Part shown: positions 48,487 through 57,794 of the stretch, piece by piece
How the letters are laid out: each line of letters starts with the position of its first letter
Position numbering within the stretch: the stretch's first letter is position 1
Source: Salinispira sp.
Lineage (GTDB): Bacteria; Spirochaetota; Spirochaetia; DSM-27196; Salinispiraceae
Assembly: GCA_965602015.1 (NCBI GenBank)
Contig: OZ271918.1
Location: 480,001-544,000 of the forward strand
Reading direction: 5' to 3'
Length of the DNA: 64,000 bases
The notes under the pieces: generated by a model
Told to the model about the DNA's origin: nothing
Seen by the model: only the letters and a program-made list of their open reading frames with translations
Database searches by the model: none
Made by a program: the position numbers and the translations under genes

Positions 48487-49389
48487 CTATTCCAGGTAAA
48501 ACGCGTCGGCGGGCTGGGGAACCCCCATGGTATCCGCATAGGTTTCTATAAGCATCCGGTCTTCGGCCGCATCGAACAAACCAAAAAGGCTCGATTCGAT
48601 TGCCCGGGCAATGACCGGTTCGGGCATATCAAAAACCGGGCCATACTTGGCGGCAAAGGCATCACCGTCGGCCTGAAGTTCCTGCACAATATCCTTCAGC
48701 CGGGTCCGGAATTGATCGAGGGAACGGCGCTGCTGTGGATGGTATTCGGTGCGGACAAAAATGCTCACCTGGGGACTCCTGGGTTCACCGCCGGATATTT
48801 CTGCATACATGTCCTGGATGTTGGCAAAACGGAAGGCCTGGCCTCCGATTTCGAGCCGGGATGCAATGGGTTCCACCAGCACCGCCGCGCCGGCTCGTTT
48901 TTGGGCCAGCAATCCGGCGGCCTGGGGAAACGGAGCGTAGGCAATGCTCACCGAATCAAGCAGGCCTTCTTTTTCCAGCAAGGCCTTAACCTGCACATCG
49001 ATGGGGCTGCCCTCGAAAGGAACGTAGAGAACCTGCCCCTGAATATCCGAAAGTTCATCAATTTCCTCGGCGGTCATCAGGGCGGACACGCCCCACACAA
49101 GGGTGTCCAGATGTCCGATGTCGCCGGCGCTGAAGCTCCTGCTGTAGCCCACCGTGAATCCCGAGGCCAGGATATCCAGCTCTCCGTTGATCAGCTGTCC
49201 CAGGGCTTGCGGATGATCGGTGTACACCGAGCCCTGGTACTGATCGGGGTAACGCTCGACCAGTTCCATCAGCGGAATGGAACTTATGCTCATGGGGTAT
49301 CCCAGTGATTGAATCTCCTCGCTGCCTCCGGCGGCGAAGGCCGCCGATGCGTACAAGGCGATGAGTATATATACGATTATTTTTCTCAT
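48487..49389 (-). CDS. ABC transporter substrate-binding protein (NMT1/TauA-like)
   Basis: Signal MRKIIVYILIALYASAAFAAGGSEE; L.NGELD, GSPID, AAVLVEP; directly upstream of the permease. Confidence 0.8.
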   Translation of the reverse strand: MRKIIVYILIALYASAAFAAGGSEEIQSLGYPMSISSIPLMELVERYPDQYQGSVYTDHPQALGQLINGELDILASGFTVGYSRSFSAGDIGHLDTLVWGVSALMTAEEIDELSDIQGQVLYVPFEGSPIDVQVKALLEKEGLLDSVSIAYAPFPQAAGLLAQKRAGAAVLVEPIASRLEIGGQAFRFANIQDMYAEISGGEPRSPQVSIFVRTEYHPQQRRSLDQFRTRLKDIVQELQADGDAFAAKYGPVFDMPEPVIARAIESSLFGLFDAAEDRMLIETYADTMGVPQPADAFYLE

Positions 49390-49511
49390 GTGTTTTCTCC
49401 TAGATGTGGCATCATACATAAAGCGCTATCGATCTTCTACCGCTTGTATCGCCGGCGGATGGATAATCGGCATATTTGAATAAGCGGCCCGCTGGCCTTA
49501 AGCTGTAGGCA

Positions 49512-49570
49512 GGAGAGCGATCCTAACTGGAAAGCGATCCTTCTGGGAGAGCGTTTATTATTGGAGGGCG
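49512..49570 (+). repeat. Four GGARRGCG motifs at 17-nt period in the pfkA leader
   Basis: GGAGAGCG (49512), GGAAAGCG (49529), GGAGAGCG (49546), GGAGGGCG (49563, the SD). Confidence 0.75.
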
Positions 49571-49572
49571 TC

Positions 49573-50631
49573 ATGGAAAAAAGCGTTACGAAGCGTTTCG
49601 GGATTCTCACTGCCGGAGGGGACTGTCCGGGTTTGAATCCGGCAATCAGGGGAATATGCAAGGCGGCCCATCATCAATACGGAATGGAAATAGTGGGAAT
49701 CGAGGAGGGGTACCGTGGACTTGTGGAGGGCAAGGCCAGGATACTCAAACCGGAAGATTTTTCCGGAATCATTCATAAGGGCGGAACCATTCTCGGCACC
49801 AGCCGCGAGCGTCCGTTCAAAGATCCGGTGAAGGTCGACATGATGATGGAGAATCTCGGCAAGTGGAACCTCGACGCCCTGGTGGTGCTCGGGGGAAACG
49901 GAAGCCAGAAAAGAGCTTACTGGCTGGCCGAGAAGGGGGTGAATGTCATCGGCCTTCCCAAAACCATAGACAATGACGTGTACGGCAGCGACATGACCTT
50001 CGGCTTTCACACCGCCCTGGACATCGCAACCGACGCGGTTGACCGGCTTCACACCACAGCGCATTCCCACCGCCGGGTGCTCATTGCCGAGATAATGGGC
50101 AACGAGGCCGGCTGGTTGACCCTCTATGCGGGAATCGGCGGCGGAGCAGACGTAATAATTATTCCGGAAATCCCCTATGATATCGACAGCATAGTCCGCC
50201 ACCTGGAAACCCGGCTCGCCCACCCCGAAGGATTTTCTGTCATCGCCGTCGCCGAAGGCGCTCGAAGCATAAAGGACGCCGAGCTTTCCCGCAAAGAACT
50301 CAAGGCCCTTCGAAAAAAGGGCGGAAGCTCAGGCCATCGATTATCAGAGGCTATCAACCAGGCGGGAAATTTTGAGTCCCGGGTATCAGTACTCGGATAC
50401 CTGCAGCGGGGGGGCTCCCCCTCGGCGTATGACCGGGTATTGGCAACCCAGTTCGGAACCCGCGGGGCAGAACTGCTCGCCCGGGGAGATTACGGTCGCC
50501 TGGTGGTACTGGACGGTCAGGAAGTCAGTTCAATTCCCCTGGAAGAGACCGCCGGGAAAACGAAATTCGTTCCCGAGGGCGACCTGTCCATACATTCGGC
50601 AAAGGCTGCGGGAACCTGCTTCGGAGATTGA
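49573..50631 (+). CDS. pfkA: 6-phosphofructokinase (PfkA family, probably ATP-dependent)
   Basis: TAGGDCPGLN, GGTILGTSR, GGNGS, PKTIDND, EIMG, LGYLQRGG. Confidence 0.93.
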   Translation: MEKSVTKRFGILTAGGDCPGLNPAIRGICKAAHHQYGMEIVGIEEGYRGLVEGKARILKPEDFSGIIHKGGTILGTSRERPFKDPVKVDMMMENLGKWNLDALVVLGGNGSQKRAYWLAEKGVNVIGLPKTIDNDVYGSDMTFGFHTALDIATDAVDRLHTTAHSHRRVLIAEIMGNEAGWLTLYAGIGGGADVIIIPEIPYDIDSIVRHLETRLAHPEGFSVIAVAEGARSIKDAELSRKELKALRKKGGSSGHRLSEAINQAGNFESRVSVLGYLQRGGSPSAYDRVLATQFGTRGAELLARGDYGRLVVLDGQEVSSIPLEETAGKTKFVPEGDLSIHSAKAAGTCFGD

Positions 50632-50705
50632 GCTTCTTTTTCGCCGGGCTGCGAGGGGCGGGATTTCCCTCGACGTCCCATTCCCCCGGCTAGTACCTTA
50701 GTACT

Positions 50706-51212
50706 ATGAAAAAGGCGACAATTCCGGTCATAATTTTGTTTGCAATAATCCTGACCTCCTGCAATAGCATGGGCTTGAGGGCGTTGCGAGGCAGCTTCCC
50801 GGACCCCGAGCTTGATGTCAGGGAAGTGGTCTCAATTCAGTTGCGGGCGCTGCAGAGTAACAACCGGGAAAACGAGGGAATCGCCATTGTCTACCGTTTC
50901 GCAGCCCCTTCGAACAAAGTGGTAACCGGCCCCATCGATCGATTCACCCGGCTGTTCGAGACCAGGTCTTATTCACCTATGCTGGGTTCACAAGAGATCG
51001 AACTGCTTGATTCCCGGGTTGAGGGACGCTTTGCCCTCCAAAGGGTGAGGGTGGTGGGAGACTCCGGGCAGGAGGTGTTCTATCTGTTTGTATTGGAAAA
51101 ACAACAGAGGGGCAATTACGAGGATTGCTGGATGACGATTTCCGTTCAGCTGTTTTCCGGAGATTTGCCCGGTCCCGAGTTTGATTTCGATTTCGAAGCC
51201 CAGTCAATATAG
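50706..51212 (+). CDS. Lipoprotein, DUF4864-like
   Basis: Lipobox LTSC; V.IQL.ALQ.N, YRFAAP.N, F.LEKQ......CWMT. Confidence 0.65.
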   Translation: MKKATIPVIILFAIILTSCNSMGLRALRGSFPDPELDVREVVSIQLRALQSNNRENEGIAIVYRFAAPSNKVVTGPIDRFTRLFETRSYSPMLGSQEIELLDSRVEGRFALQRVRVVGDSGQEVFYLFVLEKQQRGNYEDCWMTISVQLFSGDLPGPEFDFDFEAQSI

Positions 51213-51215
51213 ATT

Positions 51216-52772
51216 ATGGAAACCCGGCGAATCAGGCTGATCCTCGGAGATCAACTCAACCCCCAACACTCATGGTTCTCCAGTGTCGATGACAAAACCC
51301 TGTACGTCATGGCGGAGCAGCGGTCGGAGACCGATTACGTGACCCACCACGCCCAAAAGCTCATAGCGGTATTTTCCGCCATGAGGGTGTTTGCCGAAGA
51401 ACTGCGAAACAGGGGCCACCGGGTGGAGTACATCGCCATTAATGATGACCATAATTGCCATGACTTCGGGAAAAATCTGGACCGAATCGTCGCCGAATAC
51501 CATCCGGAAGCAATAGAACGGCAGCGCTGCGACGAATATCGCCTTGAGACGGACTTGCAAGCCGCCTTCTCAGACCTGTCGGAAACCCATGGCCTCGATA
51601 CGGCGGCGGTGGACAGCGAGCATTTTATCTGCGCTGACGACGAATTCGACGCCTTGATGCGATCCGACAAACCGCCGATTATGGAAACCTTTTACCGGGC
51701 CATGAGACGCAAGACCGGGGTTTTGATGGACGGAGATGAGCCCCTCGGCGGGCGCTGGAACTTCGACAAGGAGAACCGCTCGCCCAAACGGGACTCCTCC
51801 GAATTGCCTTTACCCCCTTTTGAGTCCCGTGATGAATCGGAGCTTTGGAATCACATTATCGCCTCAGGGGTTGAGCATTTCGGCGAACCAAAGGCCGATA
51901 AGACCATATGGCCCGTAAACCGGGAACAGGCTCTCACGTACCTCAATGACTTTATTCACAATCGCCTGCCACTGTTCGGCAAATATCAGGACGCAATGCT
52001 TGCCGACCAGCCCTGGATGTACCATTCACTTATCAGTTTTTCCCTCAATACAAAAATGCTGTCACCGGAAGAGGTTATTCACCGCAGCATCAGCGTATGG
52101 GGCGATAAGGCGACCGGCGATGCAGTACTCTTGGCCAGCCTCGAGGGCTTTGTGCGGCAGATACTCGGCTGGAGAGAGTACATGAGGCAGGTCTACCGAA
52201 TCGCCATGCCCGATTATGAGCAGATGAACGCTCTGTCCGCCGCCCGGGATCTGCCCGAATGGTACTGGACCGGGAAGACGAAGATGAACTGTCTTTCCCA
52301 AGTAATCGGTCAGAGCCTGAACGATGCCTATGCCCACCACATACAGAGACTCATGATAAGCGGGAATTTCGCCCTAATCGCCGGCGTACATCCGGATCAG
52401 GTCGACCAATGGTATCTGGGCGTATATATAGACGCATTCCAGTGGGTGGAAATTACCAATACCCGGGGAATGAGCCAGTACGCCGACGGCGGACTGGTAG
52501 CCACAAAGCCCTATGCCGCCAGTGCAAGCTATATTCACCGAATGAGCGATTATTGTGGAAACTGTTTCTACAATCACAAGCTGCGGCATGGTGAGAAAGC
52601 CTGCCCGTTTAACTCGCTGTACTGGGATTTCATGCACCGCAATCGGGATGTGCTGTCGGGTAACCACCGCATGGCCATGATGTATCGAAGCTGGGAGCGG
52701 TTTTCATCCGAGGAGCAAAAGGCCATTCTCACTCAGGCGGCGGAATACCTCAATACCATGGATTCCCTCTGA
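51216..52772 (+). CDS. FeS-type bacterial cryptochrome/(6-4) photolyase (PhrB/CryB-like)
   Basis: LILGDQL, HHAQKL, GGRWNFDKENR, FG.YQDAM, EGFVRQILGWREY, YAHHIQRLM, four Cys (MNCL, YCGNC, ACPFN). Confidence 0.92.
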   Translation: METRRIRLILGDQLNPQHSWFSSVDDKTLYVMAEQRSETDYVTHHAQKLIAVFSAMRVFAEELRNRGHRVEYIAINDDHNCHDFGKNLDRIVAEYHPEAIERQRCDEYRLETDLQAAFSDLSETHGLDTAAVDSEHFICADDEFDALMRSDKPPIMETFYRAMRRKTGVLMDGDEPLGGRWNFDKENRSPKRDSSELPLPPFESRDESELWNHIIASGVEHFGEPKADKTIWPVNREQALTYLNDFIHNRLPLFGKYQDAMLADQPWMYHSLISFSLNTKMLSPEEVIHRSISVWGDKATGDAVLLASLEGFVRQILGWREYMRQVYRIAMPDYEQMNALSAARDLPEWYWTGKTKMNCLSQVIGQSLNDAYAHHIQRLMISGNFALIAGVHPDQVDQWYLGVYIDAFQWVEITNTRGMSQYADGGLVATKPYAASASYIHRMSDYCGNCFYNHKLRHGEKACPFNSLYWDFMHRNRDVLSGNHRMAMMYRSWERFSSEEQKAILTQAAEYLNTMDSL

Positions 52773-52813
52773 GCCTGATATACCCGGACACGACGATAGG
52801 GTAGAATGCTCCC

Positions 52814-53392
52814 ATGCTTCCGTCCATGGACAATCTGCGTGAAAGCCTTCAGGAACGCTTCTCTTCAGTGTGGAAACTGCTTTTTGATACCGACCGCTTT
52901 CTCAGCCGAACAGATCTGTTTGATTCCCTGGAGGCGAATCTTCGCAGCTGGCGCCGGCAATTGCAGGAAAAGCAGAACGATGCCGATGAGCTCGGCAGAA
53001 TCCGGGGAGAAATCGTAGCCCTTCGCCGGGATCTCAGAAAGAGAGGCTACAATCTGCGCCTGGGGTCCTACGACCTGGAAATCGCCGGGTTCAGGTCGGA
53101 CGACGCCCTGGGTCTCGGCTTTGCCCGTGCCGTGCTGACCCTGACATCAGGCGGCATGAGAGCCCTCGCCGGGCAGGCGAACCACAATGAATTGCAGGAA
53201 TACATCCTCAATGACATTCACCGCAGAGGTTTGTCATTAAAAGGGCACATCCATTCTCTGTGGTACCGATGGGACAATCGTCTGCTCAGGGTTTCCGGGG
53301 CTGATAGTGAGGGAAAAGAAGAATTTGAAGAACTCAGACGCCTGGCGGAAGACCGGGAGATGGAGATAATAGCCGCTTTTCGGGCGCTATAA
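52814..53392 (+). CDS. Hypothetical protein (coiled-coil N-terminus)
   Basis: Clean ORF with H.LWYRW...SGADSE C-terminal segment; no family recognised. Confidence 0.7.
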   Translation: MLPSMDNLRESLQERFSSVWKLLFDTDRFLSRTDLFDSLEANLRSWRRQLQEKQNDADELGRIRGEIVALRRDLRKRGYNLRLGSYDLEIAGFRSDDALGLGFARAVLTLTSGGMRALAGQANHNELQEYILNDIHRRGLSLKGHIHSLWYRWDNRLLRVSGADSEGKEEFEELRRLAEDREMEIIAAFRAL

Positions 53393-53394
53393 CT

Positions 53395-54099
53395 CTAGTA
53401 AATCGGCTTCCAGTAGTGGTCTTCCTGCATGTTCAAGTTGATGGAGAAGGTAAAGCCGATGCTTACTTCGCACATTCCGGGAAACATCTTCGCATCGATA
53501 TCGCCGAGATCCAGACTGACAATGCCGTGGCTGTTCATCCTGCCGGGATTTTCGAGAACCGCTTTTTTTATTGTAGTTGCGTTATTCTCTGCCGACAGGT
53601 AGCCCAAATCATCCGCCGGGCCGTAGACCGCAATGACGCCCCGTCCGGAAAACTCCAGTATTTCTCCGTTCTCCAGCATTTCCGTGTGTGTGAGATCCAC
53701 GATGGGAACGGCCAGGGGCACAATCATGCCCTCGGGCTGGCATGCGAAGTAGTCCGCCAGGTCCGGAGGCACATCATCCACTGACGCGAGAATCAGGGTG
53801 AAAAAGCGTTTGTGGTCTTTAATTGAGAGACTTCCTTCCTGGGGGCGCCGGAACTCGATGCAGGAGCGCCAGTTATTTTCCTTCGAAAGCTTGCGGTAGT
53901 ACATTTCGCTGTGGCCGCTGATCATCAGCGAGTCCCAGTCCATGGCCGGATACTCGAAGCAATACTCGCTGTCACCATGCATATCAAGGGTAAAACCCTT
54001 GACGGCGGTTTTTATCCCGTCAAATTCCAGAAGAAAACATCTGATGCGGTTTTGCAGATTAAGCTGCAGTTCCTGCTCTGTCGTCGCTGTGGTAATCAT
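53395..54099 (-). CDS. Hypothetical protein
   Basis: Only long ORF filling the gap; ATG at 54099 behind GGAG. Confidence 0.65.
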   Translation of the reverse strand: MITTATTEQELQLNLQNRIRCFLLEFDGIKTAVKGFTLDMHGDSEYCFEYPAMDWDSLMISGHSEMYYRKLSKENNWRSCIEFRRPQEGSLSIKDHKRFFTLILASVDDVPPDLADYFACQPEGMIVPLAVPIVDLTHTEMLENGEILEFSGRGVIAVYGPADDLGYLSAENNATTIKKAVLENPGRMNSHGIVSLDLGDIDAKMFPGMCEVSIGFTFSINLNMQEDHYWKPIY

Positions 54100-54209
54100 T
54101 CCGGACTCCAAAAATATTTGCTTTAATAATACACCGACTGCCAGAAACGGAGAAGCCTTCACCGCGGCGAAAAAAATTTTTCAGATGACCGTATGGAGAA
54201 ACAATCGGA

Positions 54210-55487
54210 CTATCGGCTATGCTGAAGCTCTTTTTCTACGGTGGGTTGGCCACCTGCTTCATCGGGCGCGTGATCGTCGGATTCTTCATTCCAGCGCTGA
54301 TAAATATTGAGAATGGTGTCTTTCATCGAAATAAAAATTTCCACCAGCTCGGGGTCGAACTGTTTTCCCGCCTTGTTTCTCATGTATCCAAACGCCGTCT
54401 CGATGTCCCAGGCTTCCTTATAGCTCCTCTTGGATACCAACGCGTCGAACACGTCGGCAATTGCCGCAATCCGGCCCGAGAGGGGAATATCCTTTCCCGA
54501 AAGCCCGGCCCCCTGGTGCAGGTCATCGGAAAACAGGTCTTTGACATTCCCCGGATATCCCCGGCCGTCCCAGCGCTCATGATGTCTCAACGTGACTTCA
54601 AACGCGACCCGGTCCCACACGGATGTCCTGCGATGGAACAGCCGGGCGCCGTATATGGTATGCCACACCATTTTCTGCTTGTCCTCGACGCTGAACGCAT
54701 CGGATTTTGAGAGCACTTCGGGGTCTATTCCCACCTTGCCGATATCGTGGAGGATGGCTGCGAGTCTGAGAGCTTCCTTTCCCCGGTTTCGCTGGGCCAG
54801 GGGGGTTCCCGCCTTGGTGGCGTAGGCGTCGAACAGGGCTGCTGCATAATCGCCGACCCGCTGGGCGTGTTTTTGGGTCTCATGGGGGTCCCGGAGCTGA
54901 GAAACCTCAACCAGGCGCATTATCATCTGCTTGGAAAACTCAACCTTTTCCATGGCCAGGGCGGCGTGCTGGGCAAAAAGCGAAATGGACAAGCGGTCCT
55001 GATTGGAAAAGGGAACAGCTTCGCCGTTTTCGTTCAAGGCATTGATAAGCTGGATTACGCCGATGCATTCGCCGTCGGAGTTTTTTAGCGGTACTGCCAT
55101 AATCGACTTTGTGTGGTAATGGCTCTTTTTGTCGAATTCCGGATTGAATTGATACGAGAGGTTATCCGGCAAGGCGTACACGTCGTCGATGAGAAGTGAC
55201 TGACCCGATAGGGCAACGAACCCCGCAATTGAACTATTGTTCACCGGAATAGAGCGTTGGGTGTAGACGTATTTGTCCTGCTGGTTGCCCTGTTTGAACA
55301 GGGTTTCGTTCTCGATATGAGCGAAATACAGTTGGTTGTCTTTATGATGATACAGGGTGCCTGCATCTGCCCCGATAAAAACCCGGGCTTCATGGAGAAT
55401 ATTTTCAAGCAGGATGTCCATGTCTTTATGGCTGTGAAGCCGTTCGGTAGTCCGCAGCAAAGCTTCGGCGTCGTGTAAATTGGGCAT
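54210..55487 (-). CDS. GAF + HD-GYP c-di-GMP phosphodiesterase
   Basis: GAF (SIAGFVA, FDKKS.Y.TKS...VPL); ET.KHA.RV, LHDIGK, HHERWDGRGYP, ADVFDAL.S.R.YK. Confidence 0.92.
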   Translation of the reverse strand: MPNLHDAEALLRTTERLHSHKDMDILLENILHEARVFIGADAGTLYHHKDNQLYFAHIENETLFKQGNQQDKYVYTQRSIPVNNSSIAGFVALSGQSLLIDDVYALPDNLSYQFNPEFDKKSHYHTKSIMAVPLKNSDGECIGVIQLINALNENGEAVPFSNQDRLSISLFAQHAALAMEKVEFSKQMIMRLVEVSQLRDPHETQKHAQRVGDYAAALFDAYATKAGTPLAQRNRGKEALRLAAILHDIGKVGIDPEVLSKSDAFSVEDKQKMVWHTIYGARLFHRRTSVWDRVAFEVTLRHHERWDGRGYPGNVKDLFSDDLHQGAGLSGKDIPLSGRIAAIADVFDALVSKRSYKEAWDIETAFGYMRNKAGKQFDPELVEIFISMKDTILNIYQRWNEESDDHAPDEAGGQPTVEKELQHSR

Positions 55488-55558
55488 ATAGAGTAGTATA
55501 ACCTGTTTTTGGGATTAAACGCATCCCGGAAATTTATTCCTGATTTTTTTTGTTGTCA

Positions 55559-57619
55559 TTACAACCTGAATCGCTTGATGCTCTCCAGCAGTGTTGCGAT
55601 GCTCCGCTTATTTTTTTCGCTGAGGTCATTTACTTCGTTGACGCTGGCGGTTATTTCTTCCGATCCGGTGGCCATCTCCACCATCCCGCTGGCCACCTCC
55701 TGGGCGATATGCGAGAGCGACTGTGTCCGGTCCTTGATTTCCTTCCCCTTCTCGAGAATGGCGGAAGATTGCCGGTCCACATCCACGGTTATTTCGCTCA
55801 GAGACCCCACATTCTCCTGTACCAATGCACTCCCTCTTGTCTGGGCTTCCATGGCGCTCCGTATTTCATTTTCCTGCTTACCGATGAGTTGTATCTCTTC
55901 GGTCATAATACGAAAGCTTTCCTGAATTCCCTCTATTGATGAAGTGGTGTCGTCTATGGAGATTTTAATCTGAGTGAGGATGTCTCCCACCGACTGCGCT
56001 TGGGCATTTGATGATTCGGCGAGTTTTCGCACCTCATCGGCGACCACCGCAAAGCCCTTGCCGGATTCGCCGGCGTGGGCGGCTTCGATGGCGGCGTTCA
56101 TGGCCAGCAGGTTGGTCTGGCTGGCTATGCCCTGAATTACCGAGCTGATTTCCATCAGGTTTTCCGACTGCTTCGCCACGTCCTGGATATCCTGGGTTAC
56201 CTTCTGCAATTGATCCTGGCCTGATAGCGATGAGCGGACCAGGTCCTGTATGTTCTGAGCATTTTTTTCAAGGGTGGCTCCCACAGTGTTTATGCTTTTC
56301 ATCATCTCATCAATGGCGGCGGTGCTGTCCTGTACCTTTTGGGACTGGGAATGTATTCGGGTGTTCAGAGCCTGTATTCCATCGATTATCTCCTGCGAAC
56401 TGTCGGCAACCCGATGAATCCCGTCATTTTGATTCTGACTTTGGCTCTGGATGCTTCCGATATTTGCATTAATTTCCGTTACCGCCGCCGATGTCTCGTT
56501 CATATTCGCGGCGAGATCAACTCCGACCTGCTCGAGCATTCGGGCTTCATCGAGGATGGTCGATACCAGGCTGCGCAGATTTCCGATGGTCCCGTTGAGA
56601 TTTGCCGCCATTTCGCCGATTTCGTCCCTGGACTTCACGGAAATTTCCCGGGAAAGATCTGTTATGTCCTCAGCGAAGTACTCGCCGAGCTGACTGTTGA
56701 TTCGAGAGATTGGACGGGTGATGGTTGCCGATAGGATCAGGGCGAGAAGCATGGTGATGATGATGGCCGCCACGCTGATAATGGAAAGGAGAACGGATTG
56801 TGCGCGTTGCTGGCTGAGAGAGGGCCCGAGGTCGTAATCAAGCCGTATCATGCCCTGCACACCGCCGGTAACAGGGTCGAGCAGGGGTAAAAAGGTGGAC
56901 TGAAACTGTCCGGCGGTTCTCAGGGCAAAATCTTCGCCTCCTTCCAGAACCGCGAACATCTCAGGTTCCTGCTGGCTGCCTATGACGGCCTGTTCGCTTT
57001 CGAGGGTGCTTTGAATGAGCACATCGCGCTCATAAAGGGCGATTTCACCGACGAGATCCGATAACTCTTCCAGAAGATCGGTGTTGAGGTTGAAACCGAC
57101 CTGAAAGGTGCCTGCTACCCTGTTATTTTGATAAATCGGAACTATGCCCCTGACTGCAAGCCCGCTGCTGCCGAAGACGAATCCGACCACCTGATTGTCC
57201 TGGAGTACCCGGGCAATGGAACTGTTGCCGCTCTTGTCATCGCCGAACCTCCCGGGGATATGACCGCGCAGGAATACCCGGCCGTCGGCATCACCGAATT
57301 CGAAGACCGTAACTCCAACGTTGGCCGAGAGGGTCTGGAAAATCGGCGCAACCGCCGATTCCAGGGCCGCCCGGTCCCCGCTGAAAAATGCTTCTAAAAG
57401 AACTTCATCACGGGAGTACTGGAGTGCGAGATTTAAGGCCGATTCCTCCTGACCGTCGAAGTAGAAGGAAACCACACTCTGATTTCCTTCCCTGATGTAA
57501 GACTGGTAGTAATTAAAGGTCTGCCTGCTGATAAGAAGGGTGCTGATGATGACTGATAGGAGAATAAGCAGGGTGACGAGAATAAAGGCCGATGCGAATT
57601 TGAATCGAATGCTTTTCAT
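55559..57619 (-). CDS. Methyl-accepting chemotaxis protein with periplasmic Cache-like domain
   Basis: 2 TM, V.LRGH.P..FGD, HAMP (SRDEIG), [34 protein letters not shown]. Confidence 0.93.
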   Translation of the reverse strand: MKSIRFKFASAFILVTLLILLSVIISTLLISRQTFNYYQSYIREGNQSVVSFYFDGQEESALNLALQYSRDEVLLEAFFSGDRAALESAVAPIFQTLSANVGVTVFEFGDADGRVFLRGHIPGRFGDDKSGNSSIARVLQDNQVVGFVFGSSGLAVRGIVPIYQNNRVAGTFQVGFNLNTDLLEELSDLVGEIALYERDVLIQSTLESEQAVIGSQQEPEMFAVLEGGEDFALRTAGQFQSTFLPLLDPVTGGVQGMIRLDYDLGPSLSQQRAQSVLLSIISVAAIIITMLLALILSATITRPISRINSQLGEYFAEDITDLSREISVKSRDEIGEMAANLNGTIGNLRSLVSTILDEARMLEQVGVDLAANMNETSAAVTEINANIGSIQSQSQNQNDGIHRVADSSQEIIDGIQALNTRIHSQSQKVQDSTAAIDEMMKSINTVGATLEKNAQNIQDLVRSSLSGQDQLQKVTQDIQDVAKQSENLMEISSVIQGIASQTNLLAMNAAIEAAHAGESGKGFAVVADEVRKLAESSNAQAQSVGDILTQIKISIDDTTSSIEGIQESFRIMTEEIQLIGKQENEIRSAMEAQTRGSALVQENVGSLSEITVDVDRQSSAILEKGKEIKDRTQSLSHIAQEVASGMVEMATGSEEITASVNEVNDLSEKNKRSIATLLESIKRFRL

Positions 57620-57683
57620 ACTGTCTCCCGAAGAGTGATTATTTATTAGTAAAAGAATAATAAATTACTTGTGAGAAAACATG

Positions 57684-57717
57684 TACTGCCCCGAAAACAG
57701 CTGATTTCCAGGCAGTA
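57684..57717. repeat. Short derivative of the MITE terminal repeat
   Basis: TACTGCC-CCGAAAACAGCTGATTTCCA-GGCAGTA; 21 bp identical to 9910-9930. Confidence 0.7.
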
Positions 57718-57722
57718 TGTAT

Positions 57723-57761
57723 AAAAAACCAGGCTGCCCCGGTACATCTCGGGCAGCCTGG
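57723..57761 (-). terminator. Intrinsic terminator after cstA
   Basis: 11-bp stem CCAGGCTGCCC/GGGCAGCCTGG followed by T6 on the minus strand. Confidence 0.85.
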
Positions 57762-57794
57762 GTTGAAAGAGAGCTAAAATTCCGCCTGATATAA

